64,000 nt of DNA from Camelus ferus (Eukaryota): positions 15,502,001 through 15,566,000 of the forward strand of contig NC_045698.1 of assembly GCF_009834535.1 (NCBI RefSeq). Direction: 5' to 3'. A program made the translations under genes and the position numbers. Under the pieces are notes generated by a model. The model searched no databases. It had not been told where the DNA came from and saw nothing but the letters and a program-made list of their open reading frames with translations. This document shows positions 52,660 through 64,000 of the stretch, piece after piece; the stretch's first letter is position 1; the number at the start of each line of letters is the position of its first letter.

Positions 52660-54699
52660 ATAAAAATTTTGTTTTGAATACTTACTATCTGCAATTATTC
52701 AAATGTAGCCACTTTCTATAAAGATTTTACTGAAGTTGTCCCTTCTCTGAGTTTTTCAGTTGATACTAGAAACAACTATATTATTTAGAAATTCTTACAT
52801 TGTCATACTTAACTAATGCTTTTTCCTGGCTGAGATAAATGGTGAGAACCATTATAGACAGTCGTGCATGTCAGTGTAGATCTTCTTGAATATGACGTAT
52901 TAAACTTAATATAGAATCTGGTTATCCTTTTCTTGGCATGGAGAAACTGAAAATAAAACACAAACAACAAACAAACCCAAGAGAGAAAAATGTAAAAGCA
53001 AAGAAAAAAACCCAGGTTACAGCATGACCACCACCCCCTAAATTTGGAGAATCAAATCCTGAATGTTCCCCGAGGCCACATTCACATGGCTTTAGCACAC
53101 GTTTTGTCTTCCTGCAAATCACAATGCATTTTACACCTTTTTCCCTTGAGGAAAAAAAAGAGACAATTGAAAGAAAATTCATGAATATATGCAAGAGTGG
53201 CTCGGAAGGAAACTGCCTCTCAAATCTTCTCTAAAACATTGTGCTGCTGAAACATTTGACTAAACAGAGCCTTTATCATTTAAGTGAAAAACAGAAAATG
53301 AGATAAGTCTCTAATTATACTTGACAATAACTCTCTGGTATGATATGACTTGTGCTGCAGCTATTGATACAAATACCTTTGAGTGCGACTCTTGAATTTC
53401 ATCTATGAGTATTTTCCCATCAAAACCCATGGAGTTTTCTTTTGACAATGTGCCACCCACGGTCAAATCTAAAAGTGATATGTTACATTTTAATAGAAGC
53501 AACTGTCGCCATGCAAAGTGACACTGTCAGTCATAAGAAATAGTTCCTCGTATTTATTCATTGGAACCAATTTGGTTTTTCCTTGATTTGCCTTTTCTGT
53601 GCCTATCTTTGCATCCCATCAGCTAAATTTAGATACAAGAACTATAAGCATCCATCTGAGCACCTGTACGCAATAATAGATAATTTTCTGTATCACTGGA
53701 AATTGTTTCTCAATATTTAGTGTTTAATGAATAAGACTAAGTGTATACACAAAGCGTGCCCTGTGACTGCAGCAAAAACAGGCCAGGAAACCCACACAGC
53801 ACACTTGACAGTAGACTTTTATATCCTACCGACTTTCTATTCCTTTTCCTTGGACGTGAATTATGACTCCAGTTATATGCTTTTGGTGGAAAAAAAAAAA
53901 AAAAAGAAATGATTCCTGGCATCTTATGGGGGAGGATCTGAAGAGGTTTTAAATTATATTTTGTCATGAAAATACACATCTTGTCATCTTTCTTTAGATG
54001 TTAGTGTCTTTCATCTCGCTTGAAAGTTCAGATTGATCTGTAACCTTTTTTTGAAAAAAGATCATATGTCAGATGCTTTGATGTGTTGTGCATATTTTTG
54101 CTCAGAAATCTTAAAAATCTCAGACCATAACTGAGAAATGCAAATTGAGTTTTCCACACTACCTACTGACCTTGGGGTGATGTCGGATGCCCTGGGAATC
54201 AGACTGTCCTACTTTGGGCTGCCTTAGGCAACTCAATGCCGTAATTGTTGATGTGGCTTCAATGCTGCAATTGAGGTTTGCACAGACAAGATACACTTCC
54301 TTATCTCCTAGCATTTGATGAACATTTTTTGAAGGAACCTTGGCTTGTTGACCAGAATGAAATGAAAATCTTAGTTCAGTTTCCAAAGAATGCCAAACTG
54401 CACTGTCTCTCTGTCTCTCTCTCTCTCTGGGTGATTTTCCTTCAATTCCAACATGTTTTAGACAAGACCATTCTAGCCGCTAACTTTACTGGTCCCTGTG
54501 AATGGGACAGCCTTATGACTTGAAAAATGGGTCAAGTGAACTTTTGAAGACAGGACTAATAACAAAAAGCATTTTATTAATCCCAACAATTAAGCAACCC
54601 TCTTCATGCTCTAAAACAGGATTTGATATCCCTAGTTCCACGGTAAAGGGGAAAGGAAGACAGGACTTGCTTGAATGATGTCATTGAACAAGCAAAGGT

Positions 54700-55650
54700 G
54701 AAAGGAAATAAGTGTGTGGGTGGAGGGCTTGGCCTTCACCCAGAATAGTGAGAGAGAAGGCCAAGTGTAGGTGCACAGATATGGGGACAGTGGTAGAAGT
54801 GATGGGAAGACATCCTCTTCTGACTGACTTCTCCATAAAAACTGAACTGGATATCAATTTAGAGATAGTATGGAGAAGTTATCAGAGGTTTGAGAAAACA
54901 GAATAACATACAAAGAAGAGTTTCTAGGCTAGCAGCAGACTGAAGGGACAAGGGGAAATTTGTGGGACAGCCAATCAGTATATGGGACCACTTGGAGTTC
55001 ATAGTCATGGCAGGCAAGTCAGCATGACTGAATTATATAGTTCCACTGGCCACATTACACTGCCATTATTGTAGGTATGGAGTAAACACAGAGGTGGATT
55101 TAGCCAGAATCAGGGCAAAGAACTCCAAGTTGTACACAAAGGACTGCTAATATTAATCCACCAAAACATTTAGGATGAGTAAAAAAGGATGTGGTTCTGG
55201 ATAGGAGAAATTAAATTAAAATATATATTACAATGAATGAATAATAGTTCCCAGTGGGGGTTTTTAGAGGGAAATGTTGAGTTATTAGAGGGGAAAGAAT
55301 GGGAAAGATTATGATCAGAAATTAAGATGCTTTAAATTGAGGCTATGAAAATTACAGTTACCGAAAATAACAATGATGATGATAAAAACAATTGACTATG
55401 ACCACAAAGGTGAGTGGCTAGTTACATGACAAAAACCATCATGTGTATATGTGTAGTTTTTGTGTAGCTTTGTAGGTGTATGTCCGAGAGGGAGTTAGTT
55501 CAAGGAAACAAGAAAATGGGGCCAGAGATTTAGAATGATCATCTATCATCTCTGAATACTGAAGTCACTGAGAATATTATGCCAGGGGTAGTACTGGAGA
55601 GAGACTAACAGTGGGCCATGTGGTTTTTGAGAGGCTTTAGGGAGAACAGA
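54700..55650 (-). mobile_element. Probable degenerate L2 internal fragment
   Basis: Purine-rich, with gtggagggcttggcctt...gtgcacagat...tgactgacttctc resembling the antisense L2 body. Confidence 0.35.
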
Positions 55651-57739
55651 AGAAGAATGATCCAGAAATGACAGCAAAGATAATTAAACACTCATTATCA
55701 CGCCCAGAGTTCCCAGCACAAAGAATGTGGTGGGGGGTGGGGGAAATCAGCCATCATTTGACAAGAATTTTTGGAGCAGAAATGTTCTCAGGGGAAACCT
55801 TAGTGTTGGTTAGAGCAAGAAGGGGAAGGAAATAGGAAATAAGAGATTGAGGAGATATGGGAGGTTGCTTATGATGGACTGCATACTCCAAAGAGCACTC
55901 CGGACGCTTGTCAAGAATTGGAGAAGGTTGGGACACAGAGGCGGGAGAGGGGCAATACAGTGCTATGTGGGGATTAGAGTTTATTGGCCATTTGTGTCTT
56001 TCATCTTTAAAGTGTGTGCTCATGTTTCTTGTTAATTTATCAAGAGCTTTTTCTATGTCATGTAAACTAATTCTCAGTTGCATATTTACTTTTGAAACTC
56101 TTCACTCATTGCTAATAAAATGATTAATGTCATTGAATATTTTATCTTTTCAATGTCACTTTACTAGTCTTTGGAATAATCCAAAGAATGGCAAGATCTA
56201 CATTCCATCTTGTATTTGGGGTGATTTGTAACGTTTGCTGTATAAATCATTCCACTAATTTTCATGTTCCTTCTCTCAAAGCAGATGCATTTTATGGGTT
56301 CTTTAATCATTCTTGATTTTACTTCTTGATTCTTCACTCATCCATTAATTACAGTATAGATCATGCTAGACAAGTCAGAATTGGCTCTCCCTGCACAGAT
56401 TTTTCAGGATAGATGGGACACAGAAGGAGATTTATGATCATGAGAGCTCTCCTAGAGAATGAAGGAGAAGTGGGAAACCACAAAGATAGCGTCACTGTCC
56501 AGTCAACAGCTAACATACGAAACCAAGTGGCTGTCTCTCAGTCATGAAATGGGAGAAGGTTCTCTCTGTTTGGAAAACAAAACAGAAGGTGGTTTTAACT
56601 TGTAAAAATTGACTCTAATACTTTTTTTTTCTCTCTCTCTCTTCTAGCCATCAAAGACCTTTCAGATACATGGAAATAAAACATTTTCCAGTCCAAGATG
56701 TAATGACATGGTAGTTAGGTGCATAATCTATGATTGGTAAAAAATAATACATAGTGATAATTATCTTTTCATAACATACATCTCATTCTCCAACTAGCCA
56801 GGAAGCAGATAGCAAGTTACTGAGAACTTAAGGTAGGGGAGTTGGTGAGAGAGTGGGGCAGAGAGATTGATTACAGTTCACTAAGGATTCCAAGGCATTA
56901 CCTCTCTTTCTTCTTTTATAATTTTCCCCCCTTTTCATCATGTCCTTCATTGATTCCTACTTTCTGTCATTCTCTCCTTTTCTCTACTGTTTCCTTCCCC
57001 CCACTCCCCACCCCCAGGCTTATCTAGGGCAGTGAAGGGTTTAGCTTAATTTTTCTTGTGGAGGCAGATAGAGACTATTCCAGTCCAAGCATGTATCACT
57101 TTCATAATATGAATAAATTCTCAGTTTTCAAACATACAAGGTATACTTGAGAGACAGGGAAACTGAACAATTCCGGGTCATTATGATTGGTTTTCTGCTT
57201 GTGTCCTCATAAGCCAATATGGCTGACGATAGACACTGCCCTCAAGTGGTCTGGAAACTCCCACAGCCCCAGATGCTGTCCTGAAATGCTGGTCAGAATC
57301 ATTCACTTCAAATATCACATGGTTTTCCTAAGGGAAACTCAGTACAAGTCACTGAGATTTTGGTATTCGTTAATAACATCAGAAACTCTACCAGTTAGCT
57401 AGTGACACAGAAATATAGGCAAAAATTTGTGATTTAGTTGAAATAGCACCTCAAATATTTAAAGAGTGGACAGTAGGAAAGAAGAACAGTCTTTGGTGCA
57501 TCGTGGGGACACTGAGTGCTTGTGTTTGGAGCAAGAAAAGGGGCCCTGAAAAGGACTGATTAATAATTCTGGGTGGGAATGATGGTTCAACATTGAAGTG
57601 TTTGACTCTGATGCTGGATGGGTGGCAATACTGCTTGCCGGTTATGTTTGCCAAGGAACAGTTTTTAAGCCTCATCTTCCCAAATTTAAAATATAGAGTG
57701 ACTACATTTATCTGAAAGTTTTTGTACAATGTGGAGTTA

Positions 57740-57868
57740 CTGTGATCCTACACCCTGGTTTGTCAGGGAAAATCCTGGTTTACAGCCATTTCCTATCTCC
57801 TCATCTAGTTGACATTTGTTCCAGATCAAAATATTCAAGTTTGGAAGATCCGTTATAAGGCTGACCTG
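57740..57868 (+). mobile_element. MER94-like hAT-Blackjack MITE
   Basis: gtgatcctacaccctggtttgtcagggaaaatcctggtttac...aagtttggaagatccgttataaggctgacct follows the MER94 layout. Confidence 0.6.
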
Positions 57869-60800
57869 AATATTACCTGTTTATTGATCATCTACCACAC
57901 TATCTGACTCTGTACACACTGAGTAAATGGTGGTCATCATTATTAGAATAATTGAGTCCCAGGTCTACCCCTTCCCTTGTTGTTGGCTGCTGGGACTTCT
58001 CCCCACCTCAGTTTCTTCTTTGTCGACCGAAAAAATAGTGTAGTGAAAAGTACAACATACAGTTCCTAGGGTTTAATGAAATACTGCATAGATTAACAGT
58101 AAGAAGAACAGATAAAGTTATTGATAATTGTGGGTTTAGTATTTAATAGCTTTTTTCTATTATGAAAAATATGTCTCAAATAAACTATATATTAATTAAG
58201 ATAGACTCAAACTGGTGGATTATTGAATCACATCCCACAACGCAATGGCGTAAAACAGATTCTTTAAAGCTTTGGGAGGATCATGGGGAGCTGAGGACAA
58301 CGGATTTGCTCCAAAAGATCTTGAGCTTTAAATGTGTAAAGTGTGCTTGGTATTAATTTTTATTCATGGGCATATTTCCTATGAAACGACTTTCAGCTGG
58401 ATCATTCAGAAATCCAAGTGGCTCCCGACATCCATAGACCCTGCGTCTTTCCTGCTAGAACAGGATATCTTATTAGTATTCTGGAGCACATGATCCAACG
58501 GTTTACAGTATTCAAAAGCCTGTGAAAATTGTGAGAATATTGAAAGTTGTGAGAGAGAAAAAAAAAAAAGCTAAGAAAAGAAAAAAAAAAAAAAAAAGGA
58601 TGAGCATTTCCTTCACACTTGCTCCCAGCTGGGGCTCCAGCTGCTTGATTCATACCATCTGGGGGTGTCTAATTAGAAACTACCTAGAATAGGCTTTTAA
58701 AGAAGTAATTTGAAAATAAACTTAACATCAGCAGCAGATCATATCCCAGAGGGCTGGGAGTTAAGGTTGCATGAACCAATGGATCAATGAACAAAAGAAA
58801 TACTCACTGATCACTGTACTTGAACAACATTATCCCTGAATAAAGTAAAACGCCACTTGTTTCTTCAATGCATAATAAATCTGCCAGATACTGACCGACA
58901 TTTAGGTTAATAAATAAAATAAGGAAAAAAAAAGCTATGCATATGAGACGCTTGCATAAGCCCACTGTAAGCTGTGGTTTAAATTGTTTTCCGATTTTAA
59001 ATCTATTTTTTAAAAACACAATGATGCATTCTTTCAAATAAATTACTCTTTAGTCTACCAAAGAGTTTGGCCAATTATGACTAGATTTCTTTCCTTAAAA
59101 TTTTTCTTTGTCTACTAAGAATGGACTTAAGTAGAAATAAATGGTATTTTTTTCCTGTTTAACTCAATTAATAAAAAAAAAATTTTTATCAGTCAGATTA
59201 ATTTTAAATGTGAGGGTATCATAGAGATTTTCAAATCAAAATAATGCTGTTGATAGCACAGTGACCAACACTTGAAATGCACACCCTGGGATGGATGAAA
59301 AAAAGTTATTTTAACTATTCCATTCTGTAATCACTGCATTTTTACTAGTGGTATTGATGTCCATACTCTATCACTGGATTGAATTTCACAAAACAACACT
59401 AGTATACTATATATAAATGACACAAGAGGGAGAACACAAAAATCAATCATTTTGCTTTTATCATAAGAAGATAATCATTTTTATTTGAAGTATTGAGAAT
59501 TAAAAAATATATTGTTGTCAAATATAATTTGCATCAGCAAAACTACCTAGCACAGAGGAACTCATATAGATGTATAATAAAAATGAAGTCTAGAGAACTC
59601 AGAATATTTTAGTCTTAATGTTCATTTTTTTATCATTAGCCAAATAAGCAACAAACCTTAATGTTTCACTATCTCCACTTTCTCCCCTAAAAAAGAAATA
59701 ATAATCCCACCTGTGGATAAAGAAACACCTTTGGGTGATTAAATAAGTATACAAATGTAAGATCCTGTTACCCACATTGAAATTGTGCAGTTAAATTATC
59801 ACTACATTTTTGGGTAGGAAATATCCAGCTTTCTCTGTGAAAGGAACTGTGACATAATAAAGTTTGAAACATGTAGACATTGTGGTTTCTAGTTGTATGT
59901 TTTCATTGCCCCATCTGTTATCAAAATATAACTATATTGTTTCAAAGAAATGATAAAAAAGAAACGCTATGAAACGTTGCAATACTGGACAAGGTCATGC
60001 ACAAGTGCTTATCAAACATGAACACTCTCTCCTATCATTTCACTATTCTTATTTCTTTTTGAACCTCAGAGTAGTTATGTGGGTTAAAAATACCCATACA
60101 ACAAAACTCGTAATTTCTTTATCATTCAATATACGTAGTACATTGCCAGAGCTATTGTTGAATTTATGGAAAAATATAAAAAATGTGTATTCAACATTAG
60201 CAGACCATCATCAATATTCATTAGGTAGAGTACCTAATATGTAAACAAATGGAGAATATTCTCTTGACACACAGAATAGTTTAATATGTAGACCGCAATC
60301 ACCAAGACAATTTAAAACTGAAGTAGATTAAGCACCATGGTGTGCATCCCCAGTTTATAACTATTATTTGAATGTCATCTTATTTATCCTATTACTACCT
60401 TTACTCCTTTGAACATCAGTTATTTCTATTTTTATATGCCAGAATTAAATATGAGACCACTAACCTGTCCAGTCTAATGAGCCTTATGTATCACCTAAAT
60501 GAAAACCGCACTGGGCTTCAAGGACAGCGTTCTAACAAGGAACAGAGCAGAGCGTGGGTGACATTTTTTAGTATTCCAAAATGCACAGCAAGTAAATCAA
60601 GCCCATAACAAACAGTACTTGTAAATAATTAAAGGAAGATTAATTAGGGCACATCAAGAATCACTGCAAAGTGGGAGGAGGGGGTTTAAAAACATCTTTT
60701 GCTAGAAAATGAACTATATATTCTACAGCATATAATACTCCTGGGGGATCCCCTTTTGACGGGAGATCGTAGTGAAACAAGCAGCCCACTAGCACCTGTA

Positions 60801-62959
60801 GAGGAGGAGATTTTCAGCTGCAAAATGGAAGGTGGCTGTAGACATATAAATTAAATGGCAGAAAATACCGATGTAAGAATAGGAGATAAGGGACCCAAGC
60901 ACAGACACACAGGAGACAAGTTTATATATAGCAATCGTTGGACAAAAGTAGGTGGAGGAGGAACAGTGAGGCAGGAAGAATTCATTGCACGTTTATTCAT
61001 TGAACTCAAACGTGGCAGTGTACCACCATGTGAAACTTTTGTAATCAGACAGAAGATAAAACTAACAGAAAGCATGAAGCCGTCACTAAATCTTTTTACG
61101 ATCTATGGGTTCTAGGCACAGCCATAAGATTTATTTGACAAAAGAATTGCTTGAAAACAGCAAATTGTGTCATGTGGAGTTTTTCTTTGGAAAATAGTTT
61201 ACCACTTCAACTTTTTTGAGTTTAGTCCTTACAGACTTACAGTTCCATGTTGGAGAGACACACACACACACACAAACACACACACAAACACATATGCACT
61301 TCACCAAAAGGATATTTTAACTGGTACATTTCATAAGAGAAAGTTGGTCATATCAGTCACGGAGGATTACTTTCATCAGAAACAATTTAATAATTATAAA
61401 AATATACTACTGTCTCATAAAGATTATTGGAGGAGGAATAAGGGATAAAAATAATTTCAGAGTTCATGCTAGGGGAAAATAAATGATTTCTACCATATGA
61501 GAAAATTTTGATAATTATTTATTAAATTATTCCAAATAATGATACACAGTATCACCTTAATATAGGTTACTACTGCAATAGAAATACAGTGTTTGCCTGA
61601 GTGTGGATTGCTTTTTGAAAATTTGCCTCATATTTAAGCACAATGCTGCTCAGAGTGTGTTCTAGATTTAGGCAGAGTTCATGCCTTAGGTTGATTGAAA
61701 TGAAAATGTTTTTGTCAAATATAACATATTATCAGTTTCTTTCATGAGGTAATTGAGATGCATCTAACCTACATGGTTAAGTTCATAAATTTTCAGTTAG
61801 ATAGCAAGAATGGTCAACAAATGGAGTCCAAAGACACAGATTCTATTCCTGTTTTTACCAACCAATATCATCTTTGAACATGACAATTGCTAAAATTTGC
61901 TGAGTCTCAATTACCTCCTTTGGGAAGTCGACATCTATTCAGTTCTTCAACCATTTGTTTAGAAATCTTCTTCAAGCATCTTTTCTGTGCCAGGGTTATA
62001 CATGTTCTATTTATAACAATGGACTAATGTGAAGATTGAATAAGATAATATACAAAATAGTTATTTTTAAACCATGCAGTTCCAAATAAAATTATTTGAC
62101 TATGAATTAAAACTAATTTAAAAATGTGAATGTACTGTATTTAAGATCTTAAAAGAAAAAAGAGAACAAAGCATCCATCCACAGAGGACTGTTCAACTAA
62201 CTCACGATATAGCTAAACAGCAGATTACTCAAATTTCTGGGGGGTTAAAAAAAAGAGAGAAATTATGTGCTCATATGGAAAGCTTTCCAAGACACAAGAT
62301 TGATGCATAAATGAAGATGTGAAATGAACTTCTGTTAAAAATCAGAAGAGGATACTTGCACAGGTATACATATATATGCACAAAGAGACACACAATATGT
62401 GTCTATGTGTGTCTCTGTAAGGATGCACATGTGCATGGTTTCTGGGGGGAGAAGTATTGTGGGGGAGAGGTGCTGGTTGGAGAGAAAAACTTTCTCCTCC
62501 TCCTTTTTGGCCACATTCTCTCTCTTCTCCATTCACTCCTTCCTCTCCTTCCCTCATTCTTGCCCTTTCCTTCCTCCCCTTTTACCTCTCTCAATTGCAT
62601 CTGGATGGTTTAGCATATATTGTGTTAAATCAAAACAAGTTACAGTGTTTTCTAGTGATAGGATCATGGGGTAATTTTATACGTTTATTTTCACTTTCTA
62701 TAATGTTCCATATATAAAATATGACATAGTATTAAAAATTCTTATTCGGTTCAGTCATGGTTACACAGACATTAGCAAACTTTTAAGCTTCACAAATCTG
62801 AAAGAGTAGAGCAGGGAAAAATTCTTCTTGATCAAACGAATGCATTTCAGGTCAACAAAAGTATATTTCTCCTGTGACATTTTTCTCACGTTTCTAAATT
62901 GAGAGAAAATGTTTAAATAGTCACAAATCTGTTTTCCACTTCCTAGGTCCCCTAATTTA

Positions 62960-63330
62960 TTCATTCATTCATCTAATTTTTTCATCGATTTACTTATTTG
63001 TTGAATAGATATATAAAAGTATTTATTTTGCCTCAGTCAATGTGCTGTGTGATAAACATACAACAATAAAGTATAAAGTGACTGCCTTTCAGGAAGCATA
63101 AAGGATACAGTCATTTAAACTAAAATGTCTACAAAGTCTAACAAGCCCTGCAACAGAGGCGCAGACGGGTGAGAGAGGAGAAAGTAAGATATACAAAATC
63201 TGCTTTATGTTGACGTCAGGAAAATCTTAGCTAAGAGGATAACTTCAATAGAGTACTTAGGAAATTATGGTAATCAACTGGTGTAAGGATGGAACGAATG
63301 CTTTTAGCAAAGAAAATTAAAAGCCATGTA
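62960..63330 (-). mobile_element. L2 LINE 3' end
   Basis: ttcattcattcatc...ctgcctttcaggaagc...gtcaggaaaatctt... Confidence 0.5.
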
Positions 63331-63779
63331 GGATTAACACAGCCCGGGAGAATGACATTGACCGGTTGGCCGTACAGGAGTTTCCAGAGCTCACGTAAGT
63401 GCTGAGAATTTTAGGTATAATGACAAAAATGCATAATAGGGAAACAGAATTGTCAACATCCAAAAGTCTACAAGTCTACTGTCAAGTTTACAAGCCATAA
63501 AGGACTTATATGATATGAAAGGAAATTTTACTCTGAAACTGGGAAATGTTTTAAGCAGAAAAAATATAGGTTCAAAATTTGACGTCTGTAACTTCACTCA
63601 TGGCTAATCACATTTTTCCTCTAATTTTACTTTTTCCCTCCGGCCCTCTTTTTATTTCTTCTCACAAGTTTCTTTTCAAGATTCCAGAAAATAGAATTCT
63701 TCTTTTCTTTCTTTTCTCTATTTTCTTCTCTTCTTCCACCAGGTTTGGATGGGGAGCAATTGAGTGAGTAAAAATTCTT

Positions 63780-64000
63780 AGAAAAGGCCATTGCTCTTTT
63801 GTGACATCTATCCAATTGAAAATGTGCATACATTCTAATCTAACAACCTTCCAGAAATGCTTTTGTTCTTATTTGGGCACAAAGATGTATGTTGGAAGCT
63901 GTTCACTGAAACATTATTTATAATAATGAAACCTGGATATAAACTATTTCTCCCTTAATAAGGACACGGATAAATACATTTCAATATGTCCACGCTATAG
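63780..64000 (+). mobile_element. Ancient L1 (L1ME-like) ORF2-end fragment, runs off the window
   Basis: aaagatgtatg...tgttcactgaaacattatttataataatgaaa...ggataaata...tccacgctatag. Confidence 0.55.

Larger units (their letters stand above)
4597..64000 (-). other. CDH12: Large CDH12 intron upstream of the 120-bp exon (partial, >59 kb)
   Basis: Ends in a polypyrimidine tract plus AG at 4597. The preceding exon (...DINDNEPKF...EMSPV) appears in no listed ORF. Confidence 0.85.

Noticed and set aside
62335..62717. Cluster of overlapping ORFs
   Set aside because: Low-complexity (TG-rich and pyrimidine-rich) sequence lacking stops.
1..64000. Prokaryotic-type systems (CRISPR arrays, operons, defence islands), rRNA genes, intact endogenous viral genes
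   Set aside because: No regularly spaced repeats, long ORFs or rRNA similarity seen. The window is mammalian intron.

Overview
This is mammalian (eutherian) genomic DNA, AT-rich and almost entirely intronic. The only supportable coding sequence is one 120-bp minus-strand exon (4477-4596) of the type II classical cadherin CDH12, encoding [41 protein letters not shown] with canonical AG/GT boundaries. The remaining ~59 kb on the gene's 5' side is part of one large intron. Two tRNA-derived SINEs with target-site duplications (TSDs) resemble the camelid vic-1 family, suggesting a camelid genome (inference). The intron carries many recognisable repeats: MIR, L2, CR1/L3, old and younger L1, HAL1, MLT1/MLT2 LTRs, two ERV-type solo LTRs, MER8, MER47, MER5 and MER94. 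Repeat family names and most repeat boundaries come from by-eye comparison with remembered consensus sequences and are approximate. I found no convincing new biological system. The best leads are a stop-poor, possibly transposase-derived fossil at ~1945-2634; a CpG-rich solo LTR with a 6-bp TSD (38452-39150); a CTCF site with its upstream module (47426-47460); an inverted E-box/RFX cluster (48457-48534); and an A-box-deleted SINE 230 bp from the exon acceptor.
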